A stretch of DNA of 62,972 nt, the filler included, from Octopus bimaculoides (taxonomy: Eukaryota): the NCBI RefSeq assembly GCF_001194135.2. It is 5 parts of 5 records of this genome, joined end to end, with 100 filler letters (N's around TTAATTAATTAA, not from the genome) between each part and the next. Parts side by side here need not be neighbours in the genome. Positions count along the whole stretch, not along the records: positions 1 to 12,692 come from NC_068983.1; positions 12,793 to 21,714 come from NC_069002.1; 3 more parts are not named here. One strand, written 5' to 3'. Positions 1 to 13,309 of the stretch are shown piece by piece. The translations under genes were made by a program, and so were the position numbers. Position 1 is the first letter of the stretch; the number at the start of each line of letters is the position of its first letter. The notes below the pieces were generated by a model that was given only the letters and a program-made list of their open reading frames with translations, was not told the origin of the DNA and made no database searches.

Positions 1-397
1 TCGAACTCCCCCCTTTTTTCCTTCCTACGATCGCTTTTGATCGACACACACCCTTCTTTTAAATTTTTTTATTTTATTTATTTATTTAAAAAAAAATTAT
101 TTATTTATTTATTTATTTTTTTTCCTTCCCCCTCCCAAAAAGAAAAGCTCTACATTGTATTTGTCCCATCTTCGTTGAGCCCTGTGTGGCTAATAAAAGA
201 AATGTATTTCCTCTTAATGTTGTTACGGACGTAACATTAGTTCATTAGTACCTGTATTTCATCAGCACCTTGTTAGATATCATTGCTTCTACTTCGTTTT
301 CATACAACATTGTGTGGAACATATGTTTTTGTAACACCTTTATAACACAATTTCCATTGTATAAATAGACTCTGAAAGCAATAAAAAAAAAATGATA

Positions 398-417
398 ACT
401 ACTACTACTACTACTAC

Positions 418-448
<31 letters not shown>
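398..448. repeat. (ACT)n followed directly by (AGT)n, an inverted trinucleotide microsatellite
   Basis: Seen directly: actactact...act|agtagt...agt. Confidence 0.9.
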
Positions 449-450
<2 letters not shown>

Positions 451-1364
451 CAGCAAGAACAGCAGTAGAAGCAGCAGCAGCTATATTATACATTTAATTT
501 TAGTCTCTTATTGATTCTTAATATGTTGTTAGCGTTCACATACACCACACTGAACAACTTTCCTCCGGTATAATCACATCGTTCATGATTAGCCGAATAC
601 GGTGTTGTGTCTTATTTTATGTTGTATGTTGCCTCATCTCCGTTTTAGCCAACCAGTGATTAATTTCAATTTGCTTCCATAGCGCCGCATTGACACGATC
701 TCACTTAAATTTCAATCACTGTGCTGCTTGGAGTTAGTCGTTTTCTCATTCATTTTATTGTAATTTCCTTTTGACATTTTTCGCTCAAACACCTGCTCTC
801 CTTTATGCTGCTATCTCTTATTGTAGCTCACATGCCATATACCATCATGTGGTTAATGAAATACTGAGTTTCATTTATGCAACACAAGTAATGTATTTTT
901 TATGACTAGAGTTAAATCCAATGCAGCAAAGTTTCTTTACATTTTATCCATTTGCTGCATTTCATTTCTACGTTTTTTTTTTATGTTTGTGAAATCTTTC
1001 GTTTTCTGTTAATGTTAAATTAACTTCCCTTTTAATGAAGAACCTGCTTGTTACGGCGACGATGATCCTAATAATGATGCCGATGGTGATAATGATGCTA
1101 ACTGTGGTATCCACGTATATTTATATATAACTATACATATAAATCTATAAACACACATACAAACACACACACGCACACAAACCGACATACACATACAAAC
1201 AGACACACACACATGCATTTGTGTACATACACATGTTTATGACATCTACAAATATTTATATAAACGTTTGTATCTGCATATGCATATATACATACATATA
1301 TATATCCCTTTCTAAATTTTAAAATACCTTGACATATTTGTTACTTATTTGCTATATATATATC

Positions 1365-1396
<32 letters not shown>

Positions 1397-1933
1397 TGTG
1401 TGCGTGTGTGCGTGTGTTTTTATTGCTTTCATCCCAGAGGCTGTGGCCATGCTAAGGAACCGCTAATATTATAAGGCTTTCAAAGGTCATTATTTTGTGA
1501 CTGGCTTTGGTTAAAAAAGAAGTTCAACATTGCTGCCCTCTTTTCAGAGTCTTACCATGATGTAGGTTTACCTGTGTCTTTGGACAGCAGGAGGTCAAGA
1601 TTTCCTCGTAAGCATCTGCTGCTATTTCATGATCTTGCTAGATATATCATAGATCTTCTTACATTAATATTTACGTATTTATGCCCAAATAAAATGCACA
1701 TACAAATATATATGCCTGCGGCAGCCATATCTATAGGGGTGTTGAGAAGCAAATTAACAAACTCATCTTCAGAACGATTCATACAAATATATATGCTCTC
1801 TCTTTATATGCATACGTGTATGCATGTGCTGTCTACGTGCACATACCTACGTATATACCTATATATACATGAAATTTCAAAATAGGGACTCCACGACGTG
1901 TCACACCAAGTACTATTCTTTTAAACCTTAGAT

Positions 1934-2278
1934 CAGTGTTTCCCAAACTATTATCTTCCAGGCGCTATTATAACTTCCCAGAAAAATTTATGCCCCATTA
2001 GTGGTTGGAAAAAAAAAATCTACTTTATTGTTAATATTTCATGATTATATACTTTCCTTGAAGAAATATATACACTAGGGCATCAGAATAGCTCTATACT
2101 GTAGCAAGGAGTTTTCACGCAGTATGCTTGGCAGAAGAGATTAGTTTGGCTAGGCTGAGTATAGGTGTAGTAATTTTACTGCGAAAAAAAGATTTTCACA
2201 ATTCTATGTCTCCTTGAAGAAAAGAAAATTGGATCCCAGGCCACCAGTTGGGCATATACTCCATGTTGGGAATCACTG
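1934..2278. mobile_element. Non-autonomous hAT (Charlie-like) MITE
   Basis: TIRs CAGTGTTTCCCAA / TTGGGAATCACTG, with a perfect 8-bp TSD CCTTAGAT at 1926-1933 and 2279-2286. Confidence 0.85.
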
Positions 2279-2584
2279 CCTTAGATGATACATTGCTGTT
2301 ATGAGTTTACAACGCTTATTCATTATTAAGAACTGCTTAACTATCCTTCTTATGACAGTTCTAAACAACTACGCATTTACACTAAGTAAGGATATAACAG
2401 CGAGTGTTATAATAAGAGCGGGTGTTATTATTATGGTTATTAATCTAATGCGTAATCCAGACATTCTTGTGAACTTGCATTGCTTGCAGTTCGGATCCTT
2501 TCAGTTCGGATAGTTTAATTGCATTCGTTCTGTAGTATGCAAGTACATATTTTTGAGTAGTATCCTTAGAATCTAATGTTATAA

Positions 2585-2975
2585 CACTCATTCATTCACC
2601 CACTCCCTTTTTTTTCACGCACTCACTCACTCAGTCACTCACTCACTCAATTGCTCAATCACTCACTAACTCGCTCCCACACTCATTCACTCACTCACTC
2701 ACTCACTCACTCACTCACTCACTCACGCACTCACTTACTCGCTCGGTCACTCGCTCCGCACTCATTCACTCACTCGCTTCTCACTCACTCACTCGCTCTC
2801 GCACTCATTCACTTACTTGCTTCTCACTCACTCATTCATTCACTCACTCACTCACTCACTCACTCACTCACTCACTCACTCACTCACTCTCTCACTCACT
2901 CACTCACAAACTCATTCACGCACTCAATCACTCATTCACTCATTCACTCACTCACGCACTCAATGACTCACCCAC
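2585..2975. repeat. Degenerate (ACTC)n tetranucleotide array
   Basis: Long run of actc/attc units, which explains the SLTH-repeat ORF. Confidence 0.95.
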
Positions 2976-4249
2976 TCATTTACTTCCCCCTTCTCTCATG
3001 TTGAACATGTCGGGCGCGCCTGCATATGCGTGTGCCTGTGTGTATATGTGCGTGTGTATTTGTGTGCCAGTGTGTCTATAGGGCATNNNNNNNNNNNNNN
3101 NNNNNNNNNNNNNNNNNNNNNNNNNNNNNNNNNNNNNNNNNNNNNNNNNNNNNNNNNNNNNNNNNNNNNNNNNNNNNNNNNNNNNNNNNNNNNNNNNNNN
3201 NNNNNNNNNNNNNNNNNNNNNNNNNNNNNNNNNNNNNNNNNNNNNNNNNNNNNNNNNNNNNNNNNNNNNNNNNNNNNNNNNNNNNNNNNNNNNNNNNNNN
3301 NNNNNNNNNNNNNNNNNNNNNNNNNNNNNNNNNNNNNNNNNNNNNNNNNNNNNNNNNNNNNNNNNNNNNNNNNNNNNNNNNNNNNNNNNNNNNNNNNNNN
3401 NNNNNNNNNNNNNNNNNNNNNNNNNNNNNNNNNNNNNNNNNNNNNNNNNNNNNNNNNNNNNNNNNNNNNNNNNNNNNNNNNNNNNNNNNNNNNNNNNNNN
3501 NNNNNNNNNNNNNNNNNNNNNNNNNNNNNNNNNNNNNNNNNNNNNNNNNNNNNNNNNNNNNNNNNNNNNNNNNNNNNNNNNNNNNNNNNNNNNNNNNNNN
3601 NNNNNNNNNNNNNNNNNNNNNNNNNNNNNNNNNNNNNNNNNNNNNNNNNNNNNNNNNNNNNNNNNNNNNNNNNNNNNNNNNNNNNNNNNNNNNNNNNNNN
3701 NNNNNNNNNNNNNNNNNNNNNNNNNNNNNNNNNNNNNNNNNNNNNNNNNNNNNNNNNNNNNNNNNNNNNNNNNNNNNNNNNNNNNNNNNNNNNNNNNNNN
3801 NNNNNNNNNNNNNNNNNNNNNNNNNNNNNNNNNNNNNNNNNNNNNNNNNNNNNNNNNNNNNNNNNNNNNNNNNNNNNNNNNNNNNNNNNNNNNNNNNNNN
3901 NNNNNNNNNNNNNNNNNNNNNNNNNNNNNNNNNNNNNNNNNNNNNNNNNNNNNNNNNNNNNNNNNNNNNNNNNNNNNNNNNNNNNNNNNNNNNNNNNNNN
4001 NNNNNNNNNNNNNNNNNNNNNNNNNNNNNNCATATAAATGAAAGTAAAGTAAACTAAACATAACCTCTTAAGGATATTAGGTTGAGGAGCAGCGAAAATA
4101 GCGAAGGAATAAAAATGTTGTACCTGTCACGGTTTATGATAATGGTGCTGTAACCTTGACAAGTGACAGGAAATGATTTTGATGAAATACTTCCACAACA
4201 ATTCCAGTTTAGTGGAGCCTCAAAATGAAAGGACGGTGATGATGATAAT

Positions 4250-4477
4250 AGAGATGATGAGATGACGTCGATGATGTTAATGATGATGCTGACTATGGTG
4301 GTGGTGATAATGATAATGATGATAATGATGATGACAATAATGATGATGACGACGACGACGACGAAAACCATGGTGATGCCCAAGTATGACAAAGACGAGA
4401 ACAACGATGACGACGAGGAGGAAAGCAATGATGGTGACTATGATGATAATGAAGATGGTGATGATGAAGATGAAGAT
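4250..4477. repeat. (GAT/GAC)n trinucleotide microsatellite
   Basis: gatgatgat/gacgacgac runs. Confidence 0.9.
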
Positions 4478-4772
4478 ACTTGTTCTATCGGTTTTTTTGC
4501 CGAACCACTAAGTTACGGAGACGTAGACACATTAACACCGGTTGTCAAGCAATGTTGGAGGACAAACACACGCATATACACACTCACGCCTGCACACACA
4601 CACATATATGTACGATGGACTTCTTTCAGTTTCCATCATCTAAATCCACTCAAGGCTTTGGTTGGCTCGAAGCTATGGTGGAAGACACTTGCCCAAGGCG
4701 CATCGCAGTGGTACTGAACCCGGAGCCATGTGATTAGGAAGCAAACTCCTCATCGCACAGCCCCGACCGCTC
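4478..4772 (-). mobile_element. tRNA-derived SINE, family A (CORE-like CCTTGGGCAAGTGTCTT)
   Basis: Shares segments such as cttgcccaagg, ctgaaccc and gccgaaccactaagttac with copies at 6.3, 25.9, 32.9, 35.8, 38.4 and 39.0 kb. Confidence 0.85.
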
Positions 4773-6306
4773 CTAAAAGTTCCTAAACATCAGTTACATG
4801 AGAGAAAAGTCACTTCATGATTTCACTTTGTATTTATTTTTAATTGTTTCTATATTCCTTACCTTCACTCTTTTCTACTCTCTTTGACTTAAATATATCC
4901 GTTCTCAAACAGGTATTTCAAATACATGCGACCATGAAGCTTTTATAAAACTTTGTAAATATTATCTTTCATGTAGTAAATTGTCATCTTTTCCAAATTT
5001 GGATATATATAGTTGTTTCCTCCACTATCTTTATATCAAGCCTTATTTTGAAGAATATTCCGTAATGAGATATTTGGTTTCTTCAACTTACCAGGTGTTA
5101 TAGAGAGCAACATTGTGAGAAGTTAAAAGGAGATCTGTAGATGAATGTATATTGTTTTTATTTTGATGATTCACAGTATAGAAACATTCTGGTTGCGTTT
5201 GGGTTCACTTTACATTAGGTGCAATACGCTGTTTTGAAAGAATACTGCGCAATAAAACTGACAGTCTTTTACAGTGTAGTACGATGTCTGCATCTTCTGT
5301 CATATAACTATTTGATTCGATGCTACTAGCTTCCGGTGTTTTCAATGTGCCTTCTGAAATAATTTGGTTCTGATTGTCATGAAATTTTATGTGTATGACT
5401 GTGCATCAACTGCGATAAACTCACTCACAAGTACACGTCCACAACCTGTGGAATTATTCCTTGTTTAAAACGGATAGCCATCATTAGTATGCAATAAAAA
5501 CAGAAAGAAGCAAATGAGAGCTTTGTGGCGTCGCTCGACCAACTAGAAATAATGACTAAATCTAACTTAAATTACAAAAAAATCTGTTTTTACGGGGAAT
5601 GGAATATCATGTTAGGTATTCCTATTTATTCCTAAGAATAACGGTTTGATCACGGATTGAATCTTCATGATTAAAGATTCGTTTGATCAAGAATAAACTT
5701 ATGTCAAACAGCAAGAAGAACATCAAAAACTAAAACAAAATAAGTATTACTTGTACATTCTGTATAAAAACTTTCATGAAAAGGAAAGTTTTCTTTGCTC
5801 TGTTCGTGTTTACCAATAGTTAAAAATCAAAGTGGAACAGAAAATCATATTTCAGGTTATCCACTCTTACTATTTGGTTTTTAAATTTTATGTATCCTGA
5901 GTATAGCTCAAAATTCTGTCAGCTATTTTGAACTTGTTCTATGTTTACATTTGTATCCTCATTATTTACCAATCGATTTTCATTCGACAGCAAGTGAGGC
6001 TGCATACCTTTGATAAATATTTTATGGTGGTCAGGTTTTATTATTTCTGGTTTGTGTCCCATAGTCTGTGTCAGAATGTTGCAACATAGTAGCAATATTT
6101 ATAGCATAATAAACATTTATGCTCCTAACGCCGCTGTCATCTTACCTTAACCACGACGGCAATAGTTTCCATGAACACAAATGCAGGTATTCACTCACAA
6201 TATTTACATTCAAAACAAGGAGACAGTCTCTAGGTGGACGATTAGTTTGCTTGATATTCTTTTTTTCGTTTACTAGCACCACGTTTAGTCGAACAAATCG
6301 AATCCA

Positions 6307-6568
6307 AGACTTATTCTATCGGTCTCGGTTGTCAAGCGATGGTGCAGGGGAGACAAAGACAGACATACAAGTACATACATTATATATATATATATAGAAA
6401 TATATATATGGTGGGCTTCTTTCCGTTTCCGTGTACTAATTCCACTCAAAAGGCTTTGGTCGTCCCGATCTATAGTAGAAGACACTTTCCCAAGGTGCCA
6501 CGCAGTGAGACTGAATCCGGAACCGTATGGTTGGAACAAGCTTCTTACCACACAGCCACTACTGCTTC
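6307..6568 (-). mobile_element. SINE family A
   Basis: Same head and core segments as the other family A copies. Confidence 0.8.
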
Positions 6569-7259
6569 TTTCCCCCTCAAATAACGCCGTATTGTCTTTA
6601 ATAAATGAAATCAAAATTTCATAGACACGAATGATGGGTAGAAATGACTTAGGATGATAATATCAAGAAATCATATCAACAATGAATTATATTGGCATAT
6701 ACGGGTAAATCTTTAAAATAATATAAAAATAAACGTCTATTCTTTTCGGATTGTTACTTTAGTTTGTGATCCACCTTGGGGCAATTGAATGATGAATCTA
6801 AGATGGGGCTGAACTGCCAAATACGCCATATATAACTCTGAAATGTCTACCTCATATACGATTCCCGATAGAACTGGTACCTATTTCGGACATTTTAATG
6901 AACCACTCCTCTGCCATGCTGGGTTCCACCGAGAAACTTCGCGGACAAATTACCTGAAGACTTCAATATTTGCCCCAGGAATATGTAATTAAATGCATTA
7001 TCCATTTAAGCAAATCATATCTATGCTTATAGAGAACAAGAACAACCAGCAACTTTACTGACTCTCGAGAGCATGTTTCTTGCCTTATGAGTGAATATGT
7101 TACAAAAGCATACAACCCTAATTATATATGATTATATATTACAGAGGAGATTATGAAATTATACAAATATACATGCGCGCGCAATGAGACATATGGACAA
7201 ATACAGAGATGATATATATGAACCCCCCCACCACACACACACATATACACGTTTATGAA

Positions 7260-8160
7260 TTTGTGTTGCAAGAATCCTGATGTGAAGTCATGTGTTGAGA
7301 CAGATATTATTGTATTTCGGGAAGGACATTTTTTTTTTGGCCAAATAAACACACGCTATATATATTCGTTCTTCACTTGTTTATTACTGTTCTTATTCTA
7401 ACTCGTGTCCATTGTCCAGAAATCTTTCATTACACATCTGTAACCTCTTCAGCGACACTTCGTTGTCGTGTGTGCTCTTGCTCTGCTTATTCCATTCTGT
7501 TCGTCTATGATGTGTATCTTTATATACGCATGCATTTCCGTTTGTTAGCAATGATCTAGAAGCTAACATTATGAAGAGCATCCAGTAAATAGCTAACTCC
7601 ATCCACCACAATATTAAAGTAACGATAGACTACCCTAACAGGCACCCGAATTATAGGCTACCACTTTTAGACACGGAACTCTGGCTGGAGACCAAGAACA
7701 ATAAGGTCCAGGTCCTTCACTCCCACTATGGCCTCCAGATACCTTGCCAACAAGAACACAGCTATTGCGTACAACGCCAAGTTCCATATTCTTATAACAG
7801 ACTTGGTGAGAGTGATGAGGAATATATTTCGCACTTGTGACTCTATGGAATTGGAAAGACGTATATAACACCTCATCTACCGCACGCAGTTCTCTGGCTA
7901 CAACCAAACGGACCAAATTAGAGTGTATAAAGGAGCCAAGGCTAAGTACAAAGCCATCATATGCTAGCCATAGGCACAACACAATCACACACACACACAC
8001 ACACACACACACAAATGCTTGCGCATATGATATACACAGAAGAACAGAATGGAATACGCAGAGGAAGATCACACAAAGGCGGAAAGTATCGATGAAGAGG
8101 TCACAGATGTGTCACGAAAGATTTCTGTTCAATGAACATGAGTTAGAATAAGAACACTAA
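7260..8160 (+). mobile_element. Penelope-like element remnant: RT C-terminal fragment flanked by inverted pseudo-LTR segments
   Basis: The + frame at about 7640-7965 reads PTMASRYLANKNTAIAYNAKFHILITDLVRVMRN...RTQFSGYNQTDQIRVYKGAK, resembling the PLE RT thumb region. Segments 7387-7535 and 8005-8158 are reverse complements. Confidence 0.65.
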
Positions 8161-8279
8161 AAAACGCATATATATATATATANNNNNNNNNNNNNNNNNN
8201 NNNNNNNNNNNNNNNNNNNNNNNNNNNNNNNNNNNNNNNNNNNNNNNNNNNNNNNNNNNNNNNNNNNNNNNNNNNNNNN

Positions 8280-8318
<39 letters not shown>

Positions 8319-8495
8319 CAGACAGACAGACAGAGAGATAGAGAGAGAGAGAGAGGAAGAGAGAGAAAGAGAGAGGGAGAGAGAGACAGAGACAGAGAGA
8401 TAAATATTTAATACATATAACACACATTCGCGTAAATAAACATACACATGTTCTTACAAATATTTATACAGTTTATCTGTATGTATCCATGTGTT

Positions 8496-8534
<39 letters not shown>

Positions 8535-10022
8535 ACACAGACAAAATGACATGAAATATACTCTAACGTAGTCACAATAGCATGTTTCCAAAGATCCCCC
8601 GTGGATGCAAGTAGATTATAACGTCCAATAGTGATAGGTATTTCATTTAATCTATGTTGTAAATATTTCTTGGGGATATACAATATATCCAGCAATTTTA
8701 CTTTCAAGCAATCAGATAATTAATGCAGGATTTTAACTGACTAAAAGCTGAATTAAAGTGATCGGACTCATATCAGAAAAAAAATTATGCATACAGAGTG
8801 GGGGAAACTGTTAAATGGAATTTTCTTTACACAACATTATTGCTCTAAATTCTATATTTTGGCCGGAGTTAACCTTGCCTTGTAACCTTTTTGAGACGAT
8901 AAACTCCCGAGATTGATGTACCGACGTATGCTTTTCTCGAAGTTTCAAACTCCCAAGTTAGGAATCCTGATTTACTAAACCGGGGGGAATGTTCATAACG
9001 CATACAAATCGTTTCAATACTTAATTTAGTGTTCTGATAGTCTGACCACGAACTTTTCAGGGTCACTGTCCATAAAGACACGACGGAGACCCAAATAACT
9101 TTCAGTGACAACACAGAGGATTTCACTAATGTGTTTTATATCTGGAGAAGTTGAGATACATTGTTTGGATGCAGTGAAAGATGATAAGCACTCACAATTT
9201 GACCTTTGCTGGGATACACTGCATTGTTATTTCAGCAGTTGTAGTCAAAAGAGGATAATATCTTCTCAGATTTACGTCACCAAGCCACAGCCGTTAGTGG
9301 ACACAACGTTTTGATAAATGAAGGCTTTTGCAGTTTATGAAGTTATATTTCTACGGTTTTATTCGTATTCATTTACTTTCATCACCATTGATGCACTGGT
9401 ACACATACATTAGATTGACAGCAATTGTACTCCTACGTATTTTACATACAAAATAAAATATTGCAAATTAGATAGGCACAATGAAATACAATAGTGAGAA
9501 ATTAGTTTGGTTGGATCAATAAGTTTTCATATGAGATGTGAGCAAATTTAGATATCTTATACATTACAAATGTATAAAAGGATATATAGAAACATTCGCA
9601 TAAGCACAAGCACGTATATGTAAATATAGACAGATACATATATGAGTGTGTAAGTATCTACGTGTGTCTCCACTCCATAATTCTGTATCCTTAAAAACAG
9701 GCATGCACATATGTCTTTAGATACATGTTAACATATACATACATACATATATATATATATATANNNNNNNNNNNNNNNNNNNNNNNNNNNNNNNNNNNNN
9801 NNNNNNNNNNNNNNNNNNNNNNNNNNNNNNNNNNNNNNNNNNNNNNNNNNNNNNNNNNNNNNNNNNNNNNNNNNNNNNNNNNNNNNNNNNNNNNNNNNNN
9901 NNNNNNNNNNNNNNNNNNNNNNNNNNNNNNNNNNNNNNNNNNNNNNNNNNNNNNNNNNNNNNNNNNNNNNNNNNNNNNNNNNNNNNNNNNNNNNNNNNNN
10001 NNNNNNNNNNNGTATGTATGTA

Positions 10023-10063
<41 letters not shown>

Positions 10064-10693
10064 TCGTGTATATATACATATATATATGTGTAAGTATGAA
10101 TAAGTTTCATATGAATTAATATACATATACAATATTAGTATTAATACGCACAAACACACACATCTATTAATATGTATATTTATATGCGTATAAAAATAAA
10201 TACGTATATCTATATATAGGTGGTCTGTGAGTGATTGAGTGAGTGTGTGTGTATGTATGTTATGTGTGAGAGCCTGTGCTTATCTGATAGTCTAAAATAA
10301 ATTGAATTTAAAGTTAAATCCTTTCATGCGAGAGGATTTATCTGATTTCATGTCTACCATATTGTAATAATTCTAAATCGGTTATCTAATTTCTTATTCA
10401 TTCATCGATTATTCTTTCTTTAGATGTAGTTTTCGAACAATTCATAGACATTTCAATTTCATATCCAATTTTCTGTCGGTATTCTAGGAGACATTGATTT
10501 AATGAAGCTTATCTACCTTTAAGCATGATCATATACATTTGAAGTGAATGAGTCGACATGGAGCCTTTGCATGGTGGATTGATCTGAGAGAAACAGGAAC
10601 CAAATCATCCTAAATCGTACCTTACTGTCTTATAAAGTAAAGTTCACTGTGGATAATATTATATTAAATTCGTTAATTTTGAACAATTCAAAG

Positions 10694-10741
10694 ACGAGAT
10701 GGTCTTGGATGGAAAGTTTTTTCAGACTGACAACTGGATAG
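10694..10741 (+). CDS. Possible small exon (xEMVLDGKFFQTDNWI), unknown product
   Basis: AG acceptor and G|GTAATT donor, open frame, phase 1-1, compatible with the 11031 exon. The acceptor is weak. Confidence 0.2.
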   Translation, partial: TRWSWMESFFRLTTG

Positions 10742-11030
10742 GTAATTAATACAGTCAGCACAAATAAGCCGCAAGTATTATTTTTCCGTGACGTATTAGA
10801 TAACATACATGCTTGATTTATATTAAGACAGATACTCAAACTTCCACGTCAGCTTATTATCATGCTTAATTTTCGCTCAAATGCATTGTGGATAATAGGG
10901 TGGAAAGGCATCAAACAATTTCATTTCCTTTCTTAAATAACTTGATTAAGTTAGCAAACCAAAACTTAGTGAATTTGTGACATCGTAGAGATTATAATTC
11001 CTCTTTATCTGAACCCTTATATCTATATAG

Positions 11031-11193
11031 ACTGCAATTGTTCAATGGTACTTCTGCAATTGCTCAAAAATAGCAGTGAAATAGAAATACGCGCGGCTGA
11101 CACCAGCCATCGTAAATCAAGAACATATCAGATATCAATTTCCTCATGTAACCTGACAAAAATGCTGAACGATTGGAATGCGTTAAATCCCAG
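11031..11193 (+). CDS. Candidate internal exon, unknown product (CNCSMVLLQLLKNSSEIEIRAADTSHRKSRTYQISISSCNLTKMLNDWNALNP)
   Basis: tatatag| acceptor and CCCAG|GTATGA donor. The 163 nt have exactly one stop-free frame and lie in non-repetitive sequence. Confidence 0.4.
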
Positions 11194-11514
11194 GTATGAT
11201 TAGTAAAGGCTGGTCAATCACTGGAGTTTGAATAACAATAACCTCTTTAAGTTACGCTGATCAAAGTCTTGATCAAATATTTCTTATGTGCGTATGAGGG
11301 AGAAATTTAAAAGATAATCCATATGTAAAATAGTTATGATATTCTTTTGCATTTTCCATATATATATATATATATANNNNNNNNNNNNNNNNNNNNNNNN
11401 NNNNNNNNNNNNNNNNNNNNNNNNNNNNNNNNNNNNNNNNNNNNNNNNNNNNNNNNNNNNNNNNNNNNNNNNNNNNNNNNNNNNNNNNNNNNNNNNNNNN
11501 NNNNNNNNNNNNNN

Positions 11515-11559
<45 letters not shown>

Positions 11560-11574
11560 ACACAGACATTTATG

Positions 11575-11810
11575 AAATTGTGTTTCAAGAATCCTGACGT
11601 GAAACCATGTGTTGAAACAGATATTGTTGTATTTCGAGATGGTCATATTTCTTTTTATTTTGCCAAGTAAAAACATGCCCTACATATTCGTTCTACATTC
11701 GTTTATTACTTACTGTTCTTATTTTAACTGATGTGCTCCTGGGGCAGAAGTACAAGCGATGATGGAAAGTGTCGCTGAAGAAGTCACAAATGTGTGAGGA
11801 AAGATTTAAA
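11575..11810. mobile_element. Penelope-like pseudo-LTR fragment, same family as 7260-7560, internally inverted
   Basis: 11580-11735 matches 7262-7400, then continues with the reverse complement of the next family segment. Confidence 0.6.
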
Positions 11811-12095
11811 CTTATATTAATATGCGTTTCTATTGCGTTCTATTTTAAATGATTATGTAGAATATTTCTCCTACCTGTCATGTCGCTCTAACTTTACATA
11901 CACGATAAAACCTTATCTCTAAATTATTGAACCCTTTCTGTAATTTATCTAATTCATGAAAATTTAGTATAGTCTCTTCGACACCTACGCATTTTCCAAA
12001 CTTCTCTTACACAGCATTTTTTGTCATTACGCTTACCTCCTGATATAGCAATAGCACATCACGTGCATTATTTTTTGATCACTGCTTTTCTTTGA

Positions 12096-12692
12096 ACCAT
12101 AATCTCTCCCAGTCTTTTAATCTCTTCCATTTCAAGCATTTCTTATATGCGTGAATTCCATTTTTCCATTTACTGTCAGAACAACAATGAACCGGAGTAC
12201 ACATTCTTTCACCATGTTTCCGTCGAAGGCAGAAGGCCAGTTTGCTACGTTTGTAGTAGCAAAACTCACCTTCGAAACACATGCCCAGTAGCCCAGGAGC
12301 AAAGGCAACAATACCAAGAAAGACAACAACAACAACAACCACAAGAAAACCAAAAGCACAAGATAAAAGCAGCATTACTGCCTACACCGCCATATGCACA
12401 ACTGGTCAAGCAGCTGTACAACGAAATGGAGAATCGTCACCAGCCAGCAACCCAGCCGAACCAAACAACAACACCAACAGTACCACCAAGAACAGAATCA
12501 GCACCATCACCACCACCACCACCAACGACAACAACCCCACAAGAAGAAGGGAACACGAAAAAGACTCCCCCCCCCCAAACCCAAACACCACATCCCAACT
12601 GTCACGAAACAGCACCAACATCACCAACAACAAAATCAACCCACACAAAAATAGACCCCAACACCCTTCCCCTCCCACCCTCCGATTCCTCC
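12096..12692 (+). mobile_element. L1/Tx1-type LINE ORF1 fragment with zinc knuckle
   Basis: VSVEGRRPVCYVCSSKTHLRNTCP is a CX2CX4HX4C knuckle, followed by a Q/T/P-rich linker. The architecture matches ORF1 at 59.3-60.2 kb. Confidence 0.75.
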
Positions 12693-12792
12693 NNNNNNNN
12701 NNNNNNNNNNNNNNNNNNNNNNNNNNNNNNNNNNNNTTAATTAATTAANNNNNNNNNNNNNNNNNNNNNNNNNNNNNNNNNNNNNNNNNNNN

Positions 12793-12855
<63 letters not shown>

Positions 12856-12984
12856 CAGTGTGTGTCAGTGTGTGTATTTGTGTGTGACTATGTCTTTGTA
12901 TTTATATATATATATGCTAATATATATATATATACTCTCATGCACTCACATTATATACATATATATGTGTATATATGCTCATTG

Positions 12985-13309
12985 GCAGAAGGAGGTCAAT
13001 CTATTGCAGCTAACACTTATTCGGGGAACCGAACTCATGCCTGCAAGTTAAAGCTGTGTTGGACGGAAGCAATACGTCGCTGTTTGCCATAGTGGAAAGA
13101 ACAGCCAACTCTTCATTAGACTACATGCAGTGGATACTAGAGTGTCGGCTTTCTGTGTAATTCTTATGACTTGTCTATAGCTTGTGCTGCAGACTGGTTT
13201 CAGAGATGAACGTCTCAAGCACAGCATAAGTATTGTCACGACGTAAAGGATCGAACTGCTGTCTTCACAGTTTGCTGTCTGCTAAACGTATCCACTCGGC
13301 TACCTTTCC
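12985..13309 (-). mobile_element. Possible tRNA-derived SINE with a distinct head
   Basis: The minus strand starts GGAAAGGTAGCCGAGTGG (A-box-like) ... CAGTTCGATCC (B-box-like). Single copy in the window. Confidence 0.4.

Noticed and set aside
4124-4218. Minus-strand exon candidate with a tetraspanin-like CCG motif
   Set aside because: A single short motif beside microsatellites, with no other tetraspanin exons seen.
12737-12748. TTAATTAATTAA islands inside gaps (also 21759, 52443, 61353)
   Set aside because: An identical 12-mer centred in 100-bp N blocks is an assembly join marker, not biology.
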